Below the pieces are notes generated by a model. That model was not told the origin of the DNA. It saw nothing but the letters and a program-made list of their open reading frames with translations, and did no database searches. Made by a program: the position numbers and the translations under genes. From IMG/VR virus record IMGVR_UViG_2561511210_000002, positions 988 through 64,987 of that record: DNA of 64,000 nucleotides, one strand, 5' to 3'. This document shows positions 38,918-49,698 of this stretch, piece by piece. This DNA is from a virus. Position 1 is the stretch's first letter. Each line of letters begins with the position of its first letter.

Positions 38918-40272
38918 TGAATCGCCCCGGGTTTGGTGCACACCTGGTTATTGGTGTGCAGCCTCTGGTTGGGCTGTGTTTGTAGCGTAGTGGACGGTCT
39001 CGTATTCGATGGGTGGGATGCGGCCCAGGCGGTGCATGAGCCGGTCGGTGTTGTACCAGTGGACCCAGTCGGCGGTGAGCAGTTCGACGTCGGTCAGGCG
39101 GTGCAGGGGGCCGCGCCGGAACGGTGAGTCGTCGCGGACAGCTTCGGTCTTGTACAGCCCGATGGTCGTTTCGGCCAGGGCGTTATCGAAGGCATCCCCG
39201 ACTGTGCCGATGGAGGCCACCAGCCCGGACAGCGCGAGGGTTTCGCCGAACCTCACCGAGGTGTATTGCGATCCCGCATCGCTGTGATGAATAGTGTTGC
39301 CCAACAAGGGATTACCTTCATTTTCGCGGAGTTGTGAGGCATGGCGGATCGCCTGGCGGACGAACCGGTCTTCCTTGCTGGCTGAGCAGGTCCAGCCCAC
39401 GATCCGGCCCGCGTAGGCATCGACGGCGAACGCGGTGTAGACAAACGCCCCGCTGGCCAGGCGGACGTAGGTGAAGTCCGCTACCAGCAGCACGTTGGGT
39501 GCGGGCACCCGGAACTGTCGTTTGACCAGATCGGCTGCCCGTGCCGCGGCCGGATCCGCCACGGTGGTGCGGACCTTCTTGCGACGGGTGACCCCGCGCC
39601 AGCCGTTGGCTCGCATGAGGCGCTCCACGGTGCAACGGGCCACCGCGATGCCCTGGCGTTGCAGATGAGCCCACATTTTGGTGGCACCGTACAACGACTC
39701 CGGCTTGCGGCGGCCGTGCTCGTCGGGCTCGTAGAAGCCGGCCAGCACCTCGGTGATGACGGTGTCCCACAGGGCCCGCGCTGACGGGGGTCTCGACAGC
39801 CAGGCGTAGAAGGTTCTCGGGGCGATCGTGACACCGTGCTCGGTGAGCACGCGGCAGATCGGAGCGACCCCGAACCGAGCTCGATGCTCGGCGATGAACG
39901 CACAAATCAGCGGGGTCGCGGGTCGCTCTCCCGCACGAAGAAAGTTGTTGCTGCCTTGAGTATTTCGATGGTTTCCTCAAGCTCCCGGTTCTTGCGCTTG
40001 AGTTCCCTGTTCTCGCGCGCGACGTCGATGGGCACCCCGTCGCGGACCCCGGTGTCAACATCGACCTGGTTGACCCACCGGCGCAGCGATTCGTAGGACA
40101 CTCCCAGCCGTTTGGCCACCGCGGTGACGCAGGCCGTGCGGGTGTCGTACTCCTCGGCGTGGTCGGTGACCAGCCGCACCGCCCGGGCCTTGAACTCGTC
40201 GTCGTACTTCTTCGGCATGATGCGGACAACCTTCCCTCGAAAGAAGGTGTGCATCAAACCCGGGGCGGTTCA
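38918..40272 (-). mobile_element. IS3-family element type 2, copy E
   Basis: IRs; flanks GGA / GGG. Confidence 0.95.
38948..40218 (-). CDS. IS3-family transposase (orfA+orfB)
   Basis: Same proteins as copy A. Confidence 0.95.
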
Positions 40273-40813
40273 GGGTGAAGCAGTGGAGGAACACGAATCA
40301 GGCATTACTCCCGAGTCCCAAGAGGGTGAGGGGCGTGAACCTGAGTCAAAGTTCGACCCAATAACCAATCAAGAAGAATTCGACAAGCGCCTAGCGCAAC
40401 GACTAGGGCGCGAGCGAGCGAAATTCTCCGACTACGACGCACTGAAAGCCAAGGCGGCCAAACTCGACGAAATCGAGGCCGCCAACAAGAGCGAGCTGCA
40501 AAAACTGTCCGAACGGGCCGATGCAGCGGAGAAGCGTGCGGAAAAAGCTGAACTCGAGTCGCTGCGAGCCGCGGTCGCATCTGAAAAGGGTGTCCCGGCG
40601 TCATCCCTAATCGGACGCACGCGAGAAGAACTCGAGGCAGGTGCAGACGAACTCATCGCCTGGCGAGATAAGAATGCGCCCCCACCCAAGAAGGTTACAA
40701 CGGCCACCTCCGGTGGTGGCCTCAAGTCTGGTGCAGCCGCGAACGGCGGTACCGCCCTTTCCCCGAAAGCTCATGCCGCAGAACAGCTGCGGCGCATGCG
40801 TGCGGGGAACTAG
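40273..40813 (+). pseudogene. Scaffolding protein, separated from its RBS/ATG (32351) by IS
   Basis: QEEFDKRLAQRLGRERAKFSDYDALKAKA...KSELQK. Confidence 0.85.
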
Positions 40814-40869
40814 CAATCTCCCGCGCGAGGAACGACCTCGGCGGAAGTACAACAAATTAGGAGGCTGAG

Positions 40870-41778
40870 ATGGCTGACATCTCTCGCGCCGAGGTCGCTA
40901 CCCTCATTCAAGAGGCGTACGCCTCGGACCTTTTGAACGCTTCGACCGAGGCATCCACTGCTCTCGCTGCGTTCAGCACTGTCAACATGGGCACCAAGCT
41001 CACCCACCTGCCGGTTCTGGCAACCCTGCCCGAAGCGGACTGGGTTGGTGAGTCGGCTACCGACTCTTCGGGCGTCAAGCCGCAGTCCGAGGTCACGTGG
41101 GCTGACCGCACGCTTGTGGCCGAGGAAATTGCCGTAATTATCCCGGTTCACGAGAACGTGATCGACGATGCTACCGAGAACGTCCTAGGCGAGATTGCAC
41201 GCCTGGCCGGCCAGGCCATCGGCAAGAAGCTGGACGAAGCAGTGTTCTTCGGAACCGACAAGCCCGCCTCTTGGGTTTCGCCCGCGCTGCTTCCCGCGGC
41301 AGTGTCCGCGAGCCAGACCTTCGCGGTGACAGACGGCACGGCCAATGCCAACGACCTTGTGGGTGCGTCGAACAAGGCTGCTGAAGCCATCGCACTAGCC
41401 GGATGGCAGCCCGACACCCTCGTGTCGTCCCTGGCTCTGCGCTACCAGGTCGCCAACCTGCGTGATGCCAACGGCTTCCCCATCTTCCGGGACGAGTCAT
41501 TCAACGGGTTCCGCACCTACTTCAACCGCAACGGTGCATGGGACGCAGATAGCGCGTCGGCTGTGATCGTCGACTCGTCACGAGTCAAGATCGGCGTGCG
41601 TCAGGACATCGCCGTCAAGCTGCTCGACCAGGCCACCGTCGGTTCGATCAACCTCGCAGAACGCGACATGGTGGCGCTGCGCTTCAAGGCACGCTACGCC
41701 TACGTTTTGGGCACCGCCGCAACCTCAATGGGCGCCAACAAGGTCCCCGTCGCGGCCGTTATCCCGGACGGAAGCTAG
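40870..41778 (+). CDS. Major capsid protein
   Basis: AGGAGG RBS; ADWVGES, EEIAVIIPV, INLAERDMVALR. Confidence 0.93.
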   Translation: MADISRAEVATLIQEAYASDLLNASTEASTALAAFSTVNMGTKLTHLPVLATLPEADWVGESATDSSGVKPQSEVTWADRTLVAEEIAVIIPVHENVIDDATENVLGEIARLAGQAIGKKLDEAVFFGTDKPASWVSPALLPAAVSASQTFAVTDGTANANDLVGASNKAAEAIALAGWQPDTLVSSLALRYQVANLRDANGFPIFRDESFNGFRTYFNRNGAWDADSASAVIVDSSRVKIGVRQDIAVKLLDQATVGSINLAERDMVALRFKARYAYVLGTAATSMGANKVPVAAVIPDGS

Positions 41779-41781
41779 TAC

Positions 41782-42168
41782 ATGCTGCTCGCGTCGCAAT
41801 CCGATGTTGAAGACCGCCTAGGGCGGGACTTAACAGGCGCAGAGGAAGCGCTCCTTCCGGGAATTCTTGAAGAGTCATCCGCGCTCGTCGAGGGATATCT
41901 CGGCGTCACTTATACGGATGCCGACCAGGTCCCGGACGTAGTGCGACTTGTTGTTTCCCGGGTTGCGGCGCGAGCACTAACTAGCCCGACGGATGTCCCT
42001 GAAGGTGCAGAATCTCTCACGCTTAGCTCCCTGGACTTCTCAGCGACTAGCCGTTTCGGCGGTGGCCGATCAAGCCTCTGGCTGTCTAAGCAAGACCGAA
42101 TGATGCTGCGCCCACTTCATAGCGGCTTTACGTCAATGCCGATGAGTTCCGAGCGGTATGGGACTTAG
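41782..42168 (+). CDS. Head-to-tail adaptor
   Basis: LASQSDVEDRLGRDLT; position after capsid. Confidence 0.8.
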   Translation: MLLASQSDVEDRLGRDLTGAEEALLPGILEESSALVEGYLGVTYTDADQVPDVVRLVVSRVAARALTSPTDVPEGAESLTLSSLDFSATSRFGGGRSSLWLSKQDRMMLRPLHSGFTSMPMSSERYGT

Positions 42169-42498
42169 GTGAGGTTTCCGACTCCACATCCTGTGGTGCA
42201 CATTCCTTTTGCAGGAGTGGCACAGGACTCATTGGGTAACGATGTCCCATCATTTGGCGCACCTGAGGCCATGAAGGCAATCGCCTTTCAGCCGCATAGG
42301 AGCGAGGACACGGACGGGCACACCTCGCGCGATGAGGCTGAGATGGATCTAGCCATGCCATCCATGCAAGTGGACCTCGTTGACCGGTTTGTGGTGAACG
42401 GCCTCCTGTATGAGGTTGTTGGCACTCGGGACAACGACGGTGGATTCCACGGCTGGAAGCCAGGAGTCATCGTCGAGCTCAAGAGGGTTGCCGGCTAG
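42169..42498 (+). CDS. Head-to-tail stopper
   Basis: DSLGN...YEVVG...ELKRVAG. Confidence 0.78.
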   Translation: MRFPTPHPVVHIPFAGVAQDSLGNDVPSFGAPEAMKAIAFQPHRSEDTDGHTSRDEAEMDLAMPSMQVDLVDRFVVNGLLYEVVGTRDNDGGFHGWKPGVIVELKRVAG

Positions 42499-42764
42499 TG
42501 GCCCAGTTCAGGATGAATCGCAAGGCGCAGAGCGAATTGACGAAGGAAATCGTCGAGAAGGTGTGTGTGCCTATGATGCAGCGGGTCGCTGACGCCTGCA
42601 ATCAAGAAGCGGGACTGGAAGACGGTTTCCGCGTATCGGTAGAAGGCGATGATCCTTTGGATAAACGCGACTACCGGGCAACAGCTATCGCCGCAACGGC
42701 AGAGGCCATCCGGTACGACCACAAGCACGACGCACTGCTACACAACTTCGGTGAGGCTGGCTGA
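42498..42764 (+). CDS. Neck/tail-completion protein
   Basis: Synteny. Confidence 0.65.
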   Translation: MAQFRMNRKAQSELTKEIVEKVCVPMMQRVADACNQEAGLEDGFRVSVEGDDPLDKRDYRATAIAATAEAIRYDHKHDALLHNFGEAG

Positions 42765-43141
42765 TGTTCGCCTACCACACCCAAGTGGTCAGGGACTGGC
42801 TGGACGAAAACATGCCGGTTCGGGTATCCACTGACGTTCCGAAAACGCGCCCAGCGCAGCTGATCACGATCGATTCAGCGCCAATCTCTAGCGGATATTC
42901 GGGAGCCAAAGCCCGCGTACTCGCACGGCGCCGCCTGATCATCTACTCGTGGGGCGCCAACGAACTGGACGCCTACAACCTGATCGAGCAGACGCGTGAA
43001 TGGCTCCTCAAACTCCCCGGCAAGGGCCGCGGAGTGCACGCTGTAGACATCGCAGGGGAACCTGCCCGCCGCGATGACATCGAAAGCGAAACGCGACGGT
43101 TCGTGATGACCGTCGATGTAGTAATGCGTTCAAATCCCTGA
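42764..43141 (+). CDS. Tail terminator
   Basis: VSTDVPKTRP; precedes the major tail gene. Confidence 0.78.
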   Translation: MFAYHTQVVRDWLDENMPVRVSTDVPKTRPAQLITIDSAPISSGYSGAKARVLARRRLIIYSWGANELDAYNLIEQTREWLLKLPGKGRGVHAVDIAGEPARRDDIESETRRFVMTVDVVMRSNP

Positions 43142-43207
43142 ATTTACAACTAAATACACCCTTTCAAAGGCTCGGCTGCACCGATCTGCTTCTGAAAGGG
43201 GCACATC

Positions 43208-43795
43208 ATGGCTGAAGAAGTCGGCAACGTTTTCGCCGCAGAGCCGTCCGCCGCTGGGGCCGCGTTCGTCGCCCCGCTCGGAACTACCCTCCCAACCAGT
43301 GTCGACGGAGCACTTGACGCCGCATTCGTCGGTCTCGGGTATGTCGGCGAGGACGGCATCACTGAAACATCGGAGCGGTCCACCGATGAGAAGAAAGACA
43401 TGGGTGGCCGCATCGTCAAGGTGCTGCAGACCGAGTACAACCACTCGTTCAAATTCGTCCTCCTGGAATCACTGAATGCCGATGTCCTCAAGGCGATCTA
43501 CGGTGCTTCAAACGTCACCGTTACCCCCGCTGACGGTACTCACGGCACCCAGGTGAAGGTCCGCAAGACCAGCAAGAAGCTGCCCCACCAGACGTGGGTG
43601 TTCGACACCATCGACTCGGAGCTGTCCGCGAAGTACCGCAACTGCGTCGCCGACGGCCAGGTCATCTCCGTTGGCGATGTGACCTTGGCCAGCAAGGACA
43701 CCATCGAATACGAAGTTGAGCTCAAGGTATTCGAGTCGTCCACTGGCGAGTACGTCACCACGTACACCGACGACGGACGGATCGCGGGCTCCTAA
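43208..43795 (+). CDS. Major tail protein
   Basis: APLGTTLPT...LGYVGEDG. Confidence 0.9.
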   Translation: MAEEVGNVFAAEPSAAGAAFVAPLGTTLPTSVDGALDAAFVGLGYVGEDGITETSERSTDEKKDMGGRIVKVLQTEYNHSFKFVLLESLNADVLKAIYGASNVTVTPADGTHGTQVKVRKTSKKLPHQTWVFDTIDSELSAKYRNCVADGQVISVGDVTLASKDTIEYEVELKVFESSTGEYVTTYTDDGRIAGS

Positions 43796-43889
43796 TAGAC
43801 GCGGCGGGGCCGAATTCCCCTGCAGCCGAGCGCGGCCCCGCCGCTCTCCAAGCGCTACGGCTGCACACAAATCCCTGAAAGGGGCGATC

Positions 43890-44156
43890 ATGGCTGCAAA
43901 AAACGCGACACCCTACGTCCACACCGTGGAAATCGAAGGCGTCGAGAAGAAGATCAACCTCAAACCCTTCGGGTCTGTTCCATCCGGTGTCATTCGGCGT
44001 AACCGCAAGAACCCCGAACAGGGTATGTGGGAAATCATCGAGTGGGGCGCCGTATCGGAAGCCGACCTTGCTGTGTTCGACGAGCTGCCCCTAACTGAGG
44101 TGGAAGACCTTTTCACCGCCTGGCAGGAGGCCGGACAGGTCACCGTGGGGGAATAG
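43890..44156 (+). CDS. Tail assembly chaperone (short form)
   Basis: Ends GTG GGG GAA TAG. Confidence 0.85.
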   Translation: MAAKNATPYVHTVEIEGVEKKINLKPFGSVPSGVIRRNRKNPEQGMWEIIEWGAVSEADLAVFDELPLTEVEDLFTAWQEAGQVTVGE

Positions 44157-44584
44157 TCGCGCTTCTCGACCTCATCGAGAAGCATGGCACCGCACTAGAA
44201 TACGACCTCATCAAAGACGGGCTACGCCTTAGGGACTGCCCGTCTGACGAATTCAACTGGCGCGACCTGTGGGTGTACGTCAATCACCCGGAAGAGACAA
44301 GCGCGCTATGGAAGTCCAGGAACCCGAAGTATGCGGGCTGGACTCTGACTACCCGACTGCTGGCGATTATCGCTAACGCGCTGCGCTGGCTGGTGTGGGC
44401 GAAAACCAAGGACGGACACCGTAACCGGAACCGTCCGGTGCCAATCGGCCCTGATATGGGCGATCAGCAGTCACGCCCCGGCCTGAAAGTTAAAGCCGCG
44501 CCCCTCTCGAAGGTCAAAGAGCTACTTGGCCTTTCAGGCGAAGAGCGGCGCGAGAAGAAACTGCGAAACCTGTTCGGAAACTAG
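43890..44584 (+). CDS. Tail assembly chaperone, -1 frameshift product
   Basis: Slippery GGGGGAA at 44147-44153; -1 frame open (GIVALLDLIEKHGTALEYDL...) to 44584. Confidence 0.82.
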
Positions 44585-44594
44585 GAGGTGACAC

Positions 44595-47500
44595 ATGGCT
44601 GTTGAACTTTCATCGGGGTATGTGTCCGCCACCGTCAGGTTTGATGGGGTCAATAAGGGCATCAGCAAGCTCTTCGACAACGTCCAGAAGCAAGCAATTG
44701 GAGCGGCCAAGAAGACCGGCTCCGCCTACGCTAAAGCCCTTGCTGACGAGGCGAAAACCGCTGCGGATCAGGTTAAAAAGATCTCCGAAACGGTCGCCAA
44801 GTCTCGCGACAAAGAAGCTGACGCCGCGGGCAAGCTCAAGGTGGCCCTTGAGAAGCTGAATGAGGCTCGCGAGGCGGGAACCAAGGGCTCGAAGCTCACC
44901 GCTTTGTCGGAAGCGCATGCGTCGGCGATGCGTAAGCAGCAGGCCGCGGCTAGTGAACTCGCCAAGGACTTGGATGCGGTAGCACGTGCGCAGAAGCGTG
45001 CCTCCGACGCGCAGTCTGCGATCGACAAGTCGTCCAAGCCGATACGTAACCAGGTATCCAGACTCCTATCGGGCTCATCTGATGCCGCGCGTCAGGAAGG
45101 TGGGCGTGCGGGCCGCTGGTTCGGCGACTCGTTCTCCAGTGCACTACGCACAACCGGGATTGTTGCCGCAGGTACCGCGGTAGGAAACCTGGCTGCTAAT
45201 GCGATGACTAAGGCTGCGAGCCTGGCCACGAGCGGTGTTTCGGCGGTTGTCACCAAGGGCCTGGATTTCGAGAAGACCATGAACACCCTCTCGGGTGTCA
45301 CGGGTTCTTCGGCGGATGTGATGCAGCGGTTCCGCGACACCGCCAAGGCCCTCGGCAACGACATGACGTTGTCGAACACCTCTGCTGCTGATGCGGCGCA
45401 GGCCATGACAGAGCTTGCCAAAGCCGGTTTCTCGGTAGATGAATCAATAACCGCGGCCAAGGGCACCCTGCAACTAGCCGCTGCAGCACAGGTGAGCGCC
45501 GGACAAGCGGCCGAGATCCAAGCCAACGCGCTACAGGCATTCGGTCTCAAAGCTGACTATGCGGCTAAGGCCGCTGATGTGCTGTCCAATGCCGCTAATG
45601 CATCATCGGCAGAGATCACCGATGTCGCGTTCGCTCTTCAGGCTGGCGGTTCTGTCGCACGCCAGACGGGCGTGTCCCTCGAGGACACCGCGGCGAGCAT
45701 CGCACTGTTGGCCAACAACGGAATTAAGGGCAGCGACGCCGGAACCCTCCTGAAGTCGGCGCTTTTGAAGCTCTCCGCCCCGAGTGATCAAGCCTCGGGG
45801 GCGCTGCAAGAACTGGGCGTCAGCGCTTTCGATGCGCAGGGCAATTTCGTTGGCATGGAGGCGCTGTTCGGGCAGCTGCAGGCCGCGTCCAAGCGCATGA
45901 CGCCCGAAATGTATGCGATGGACACTGCCCTCGCGTTCGGATCGGATGCCGCACGTCTGGCAGGTGTGGCAGCCAAGGACGGCGCAGCAGGATTCGACAA
46001 GATGCGCGACGCCATGAACCAGGAAGGTTCAGCGTCGAAGCTGGCGGCAGCCCAAAATCAGGGCCTACCTGGCGTAATTGAGCGGCTGAAGAACGCTGCG
46101 GAAACCCTGGCCATCACGTTGTTCGAGAAGATCCAAGGCCCCCTGTCAAGCATCGGCGATGGACTGACCGGCTTCACGAACAAGATGCAGGACGCTTTCG
46201 AGAACCCCGCCGTGAGCCAAGCCGCAGGCAATATCGGTTCAGCTCTGTCGACTATCGGAACCGCCTTCGGAAACGTCCTGTCTGCGGTCGGTCCGTCGTT
46301 GGTGAGCGGACTATCCGATGCGGTCAACCTGATCGTCCGGTTCAAAGATTTCCTCATCCCACTAGTGGCCGGTTTGGCCGCCTACAAGACGGTGATGCTC
46401 GCCATCACTGTCGCCACTAAGGCGTGGGCTGCCGTGCAAGCACTGTTGAATATCGTTCTCACAGCCAACCCTATCGGCCTGATCATCGCCGCAATCGCCG
46501 GTTTGGTCGCCGGAATTGTGGTGCTGTACAAGCGCAACGAGACATTCAGAAACATCGTCCAGGCCACGTGGACCGCCATCAAGAACGTTATCGGGGCGGT
46601 GTGGGGCTGGCTATCCACCACCGTATTCCCGGCACTGAAAACCGCGTTCACCGCCATCGGCACAGGGGCGATGTGGCTGTGGAACAACGCCATTAAGCCC
46701 GCTTGGAACGGAATCAAGGAAGTTATCGGCCTCGCGTGGGAGGTCGCCTCCGATCTGTTCGCGAACTGGAAGCGCGCAATGGACCTGCTGGGTCAGGGCG
46801 CATTGTGGCTGTGGAATAACGCGATTTCCCCGGCATGGGAAGGAATCAAGACCGCTATCAGTGCGGCCTGGAGATTCGTGTCACCAATCTTGGATAAGTT
46901 CTCCGAGGGGTGGGACGCGCTCAAGTCCGGCATCTCTGGCGCTTCAAGCGCGATCAAAGACGCTGTTACCTCGGCATTCTCGGGACTAGCAGCGGTCATC
47001 AAGGCACCCCTGAAAGTCCTAGGAACGTTCCTGGCCGCTATCCCGTCTGAGGTATTCGGGTTCCAGATCCCCGGCGCCGACAAACTCAACTCGTGGGGTA
47101 AATCCCTACAAGGCTTCGCTGCAGGTGGCATGGTCCGCGGCGCCGGCACGGGCACAAGCGACTCAATCCTGGCGTGGCTGTCCAACGGCGAGGGTGTTGT
47201 CACTGCCAAGGGAATGAAGAACGGCGGTGCGGGCATCGTCGCAGCCCTCAACTCAGGTTGGGTGCCATCTGCCGCGTACCTGCACGACATGATGCGCGCC
47301 CCGGGGTACGCCGAGGGATTGAACCCGGGCGCGGACTACCTGCGGTCGATGGTCATGAAGATGTGGCCGCAGATCAAGAACATTTATGGCCGGCGTGCGG
47401 AAGACGGATATGGCGAGCACTCCTCCGGCAACGCCATCGACATCATGATCCCGGACTACAACTCGCCGCAAGGTATGGCACTTGGCAACACCATTGCGGC

Positions 47501-48593
47501 GATGTTGGCGAAGAACGCCAGCGCCCTGGATCTCAACGGATTCATCTGGCGACAGCAGAGTTACGGATACGGTGGCTCGTTCTCGTCAGGCAAGCAGATG
47601 CCCGATCGCGGCAGCCCGACTCAAAACCACATGGACCACGTGCATGTGATGTTGGGCTCCGGGCGTGGTTCAAATGCCGCGGCAGTAGGACTACCCACAA
47701 GCAGCATTTCGCTACCTTCCGGCGGATCAGTTGCGGCCCAGGCGCTAGGTAACACCTCCGGCTCATCTGGTGGTGGAGCATCGCCCAAGCAGATCCGTGA
47801 GGCTGATGACCGCATCACTGACCTGTCCAACCGTCTAGACGTCACCGAGAAAGAGCTCGCAGACCTCGAATCCAACCCCAAGACAAAAGAGACGACCAAG
47901 GAGCGCAAACGCGACCAGGTTGACAAGCTCAAACGGGATCTACAGCAGGCGAAGGACGATCGCGGCGCACTGGATTCGAAGGGTTCCGGCGGTTTCGGCG
48001 GCGGCAACAACCCGTACGCCAAGATCATGGAGGGAATCTCCGAGATCTTGCCGGACTTCGGCGGCCTCGCTGACATCGGAATCGGCGGGCTCAAGGAATC
48101 TCTTTTGCCCCCCGGATTCTCTGACCCAACCCAGTGGGGATTAGTCCAGGCCGGCTCCACGCTCCTGAAGTTCTTTGGCGGCCTGCGCAACAACTCCGAC
48201 GGCTCACCCCTCCTCGGCGAGGGTGGAGCGCTGTTCGCGAACATCGCCGGATCTGCCATGTCTGGATCTGGTGGCGGGATTGTCGACGCGATAAAGACCG
48301 TCATCCCAGCGCCGTTCGGCAGCATGGAGGCTAAGCAGCTTCAGGGCGCCCCAGGCGATATCAACCCCGTCAATCCCGGCGCACAACTCCCCGGAACCGG
48401 ATACGGCGACATGGGAGCGGCCTTCTCTCAAGGCAGCCCGGGGCCGAACCCGAGCGGAAACGCGCCGACGGTTGATCAATCAGTCACGGTCAACGCAACT
48501 AACACGGATGCCGCTATTGCCAAAAACAATGCAGCCCAACTGCAACAGTACCGCCGGAGCAATAGCACGGGCACAATGCCAGGACCACGCTGA
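44595..48593 (+). CDS. Tape measure protein
   Basis: 1332 aa, TP901-like core, Trp repeats. Confidence 0.95.
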   Translation: MAVELSSGYVSATVRFDGVNKGISKLFDNVQKQAIGAAKKTGSAYAKALADEAKTAADQVKKISETVAKSRDKEADAAGKLKVALEKLNEAREAGTKGSKLTALSEAHASAMRKQQAAASELAKDLDAVARAQKRASDAQSAIDKSSKPIRNQVSRLLSGSSDAARQEGGRAGRWFGDSFSSALRTTGIVAAGTAVGNLAANAMTKAASLATSGVSAVVTKGLDFEKTMNTLSGVTGSSADVMQRFRDTAKALGNDMTLSNTSAADAAQAMTELAKAGFSVDESITAAKGTLQLAAAAQVSAGQAAEIQANALQAFGLKADYAAKAADVLSNAANASSAEITDVAFALQAGGSVARQTGVSLEDTAASIALLANNGIKGSDAGTLLKSALLKLSAPSDQASGALQELGVSAFDAQGNFVGMEALFGQLQAASKRMTPEMYAMDTALAFGSDAARLAGVAAKDGAAGFDKMRDAMNQEGSASKLAAAQNQGLPGVIERLKNAAETLAITLFEKIQGPLSSIGDGLTGFTNKMQDAFENPAVSQAAGNIGSALSTIGTAFGNVLSAVGPSLVSGLSDAVNLIVRFKDFLIPLVAGLAAYKTVMLAITVATKAWAAVQALLNIVLTANPIGLIIAAIAGLVAGIVVLYKRNETFRNIVQATWTAIKNVIGAVWGWLSTTVFPALKTAFTAIGTGAMWLWNNAIKPAWNGIKEVIGLAWEVASDLFANWKRAMDLLGQGALWLWNNAISPAWEGIKTAISAAWRFVSPILDKFSEGWDALKSGISGASSAIKDAVTSAFSGLAAVIKAPLKVLGTFLAAIPSEVFGFQIPGADKLNSWGKSLQGFAAGGMVRGAGTGTSDSILAWLSNGEGVVTAKGMKNGGAGIVAALNSGWVPSAAYLHDMMRAPGYAEGLNPGADYLRSMVMKMWPQIKNIYGRRAEDGYGEHSSGNAIDIMIPDYNSPQGMALGNTIAAMLAKNASALDLNGFIWRQQSYGYGGSFSSGKQMPDRGSPTQNHMDHVHVMLGSGRGSNAAAVGLPTSSISLPSGGSVAAQALGNTSGSSGGGASPKQIREADDRITDLSNRLDVTEKELADLESNPKTKETTKERKRDQVDKLKRDLQQAKDDRGALDSKGSGGFGGGNNPYAKIMEGISEILPDFGGLADIGIGGLKESLLPPGFSDPTQWGLVQAGSTLLKFFGGLRNNSDGSPLLGEGGALFANIAGSAMSGSGGGIVDAIKTVIPAPFGSMEAKQLQGAPGDINPVNPGAQLPGTGYGDMGAAFSQGSPGPNPSGNAPTVDQSVTVNATNTDAAIAKNNAAQLQQYRRSNSTGTMPGPR

Positions 48594-49696
48594 TGGCACT
48601 TTCTAACCCGTGGATCCACGGTCCCGAAACCGGCGAGGACTTTAACAATCTGCCACCACACCTGCAGGGTGTGGAGACGAAGATCGTCTACGTCGGCGTG
48701 GTCCACCCGATTCACAAGAAGCGGTTCACCTGGAATCTGCTGGGATCTCATCACGGCAAAGAGGGCGTCGTAATGGCGCCGACAGCGGTGGGGCTCTTCC
48801 ACACACCATTCGAAACCCTAATGTCCGAAGGGCCTTACCAGATCGGCGCCGAACCAGAACGCACCGACTGGAAAAAACGCATGATCTCCCTGGCTGTTCA
48901 CGTGAATCCAGATATCGCCCCATGGGATAACAACGGCAAGCTCATCGACACCCCATTCCGGTACCGGATGATCGAGGAACGCTGGTGGGGCTCATGGTCG
49001 GCCACCGAAGACGGATATCTAGGGGTCTTCACCCGCACCCATGGATGGCGGTGGCTTCGAGTCCGCCTAGCCGAAGAGCCCAAAGACGCATGGGAACTCG
49101 ATCCCGTGGCATTTGGCAACAACTTCATGACCTGGAACATGAGCATCGTTGCCACACAGCCCTACTTCGCCAAGCGAACCGAGTTCAAGACGTGGCAGAA
49201 CGATATCGAAACCTCCACCCTGTGGGACAAGATTGAGGACCTGCTCAACGAATTCATTCCCGGGCTGGATGTGGGTGAAGGGGCCATTCGGGTCCCTAAC
49301 CGGGGGGATATCGCGGTCTATCCGAAATTCCTCGTGTCTTCGCCTGGCAAGTGCTGGATCCAGGAAGGGGACCGGTGGGTTGAACTCCCACTCCTGAGCC
49401 CCAAAGACGGGTACATCATGGTCGACACCGATCCGAATGCCCAAACACTCACCGCAACAACCGATCCAGTTGACCCGCTATTCATGCGGATTCTGCGGAA
49501 CTCGCAACTCCTCGACGTCCTCCTGCATGACCTGCTTTCGATCACTCTGCCGGTGTGGAGGCGTATGGAAGACCGATTCACCGAAGCATCGAAGATACCG
49601 CCTCGAACTCTCGCGGCAGTGAAGGTGCGCCACTCCAACGCTGATGGGCGGGTCACCATGTTTGTTCCCCAACGCTATTCGAAGGGCTTTGCGTAG
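48593..49696 (+). CDS. Minor tail protein (distal tail-like)
   Basis: Directly after the tape measure gene. Confidence 0.82.
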   Translation: MALSNPWIHGPETGEDFNNLPPHLQGVETKIVYVGVVHPIHKKRFTWNLLGSHHGKEGVVMAPTAVGLFHTPFETLMSEGPYQIGAEPERTDWKKRMISLAVHVNPDIAPWDNNGKLIDTPFRYRMIEERWWGSWSATEDGYLGVFTRTHGWRWLRVRLAEEPKDAWELDPVAFGNNFMTWNMSIVATQPYFAKRTEFKTWQNDIETSTLWDKIEDLLNEFIPGLDVGEGAIRVPNRGDIAVYPKFLVSSPGKCWIQEGDRWVELPLLSPKDGYIMVDTDPNAQTLTATTDPVDPLFMRILRNSQLLDVLLHDLLSITLPVWRRMEDRFTEASKIPPRTLAAVKVRHSNADGRVTMFVPQRYSKGFA

Positions 49697-49698
49697 CA

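Noticed and set aside
40112..40272. N-terminal extension of the scaffold ORF (likewise ORFs starting at 22430, 31358 and 28446)
   Set aside because: These starts lie inside IS ends; the native starts are elsewhere.
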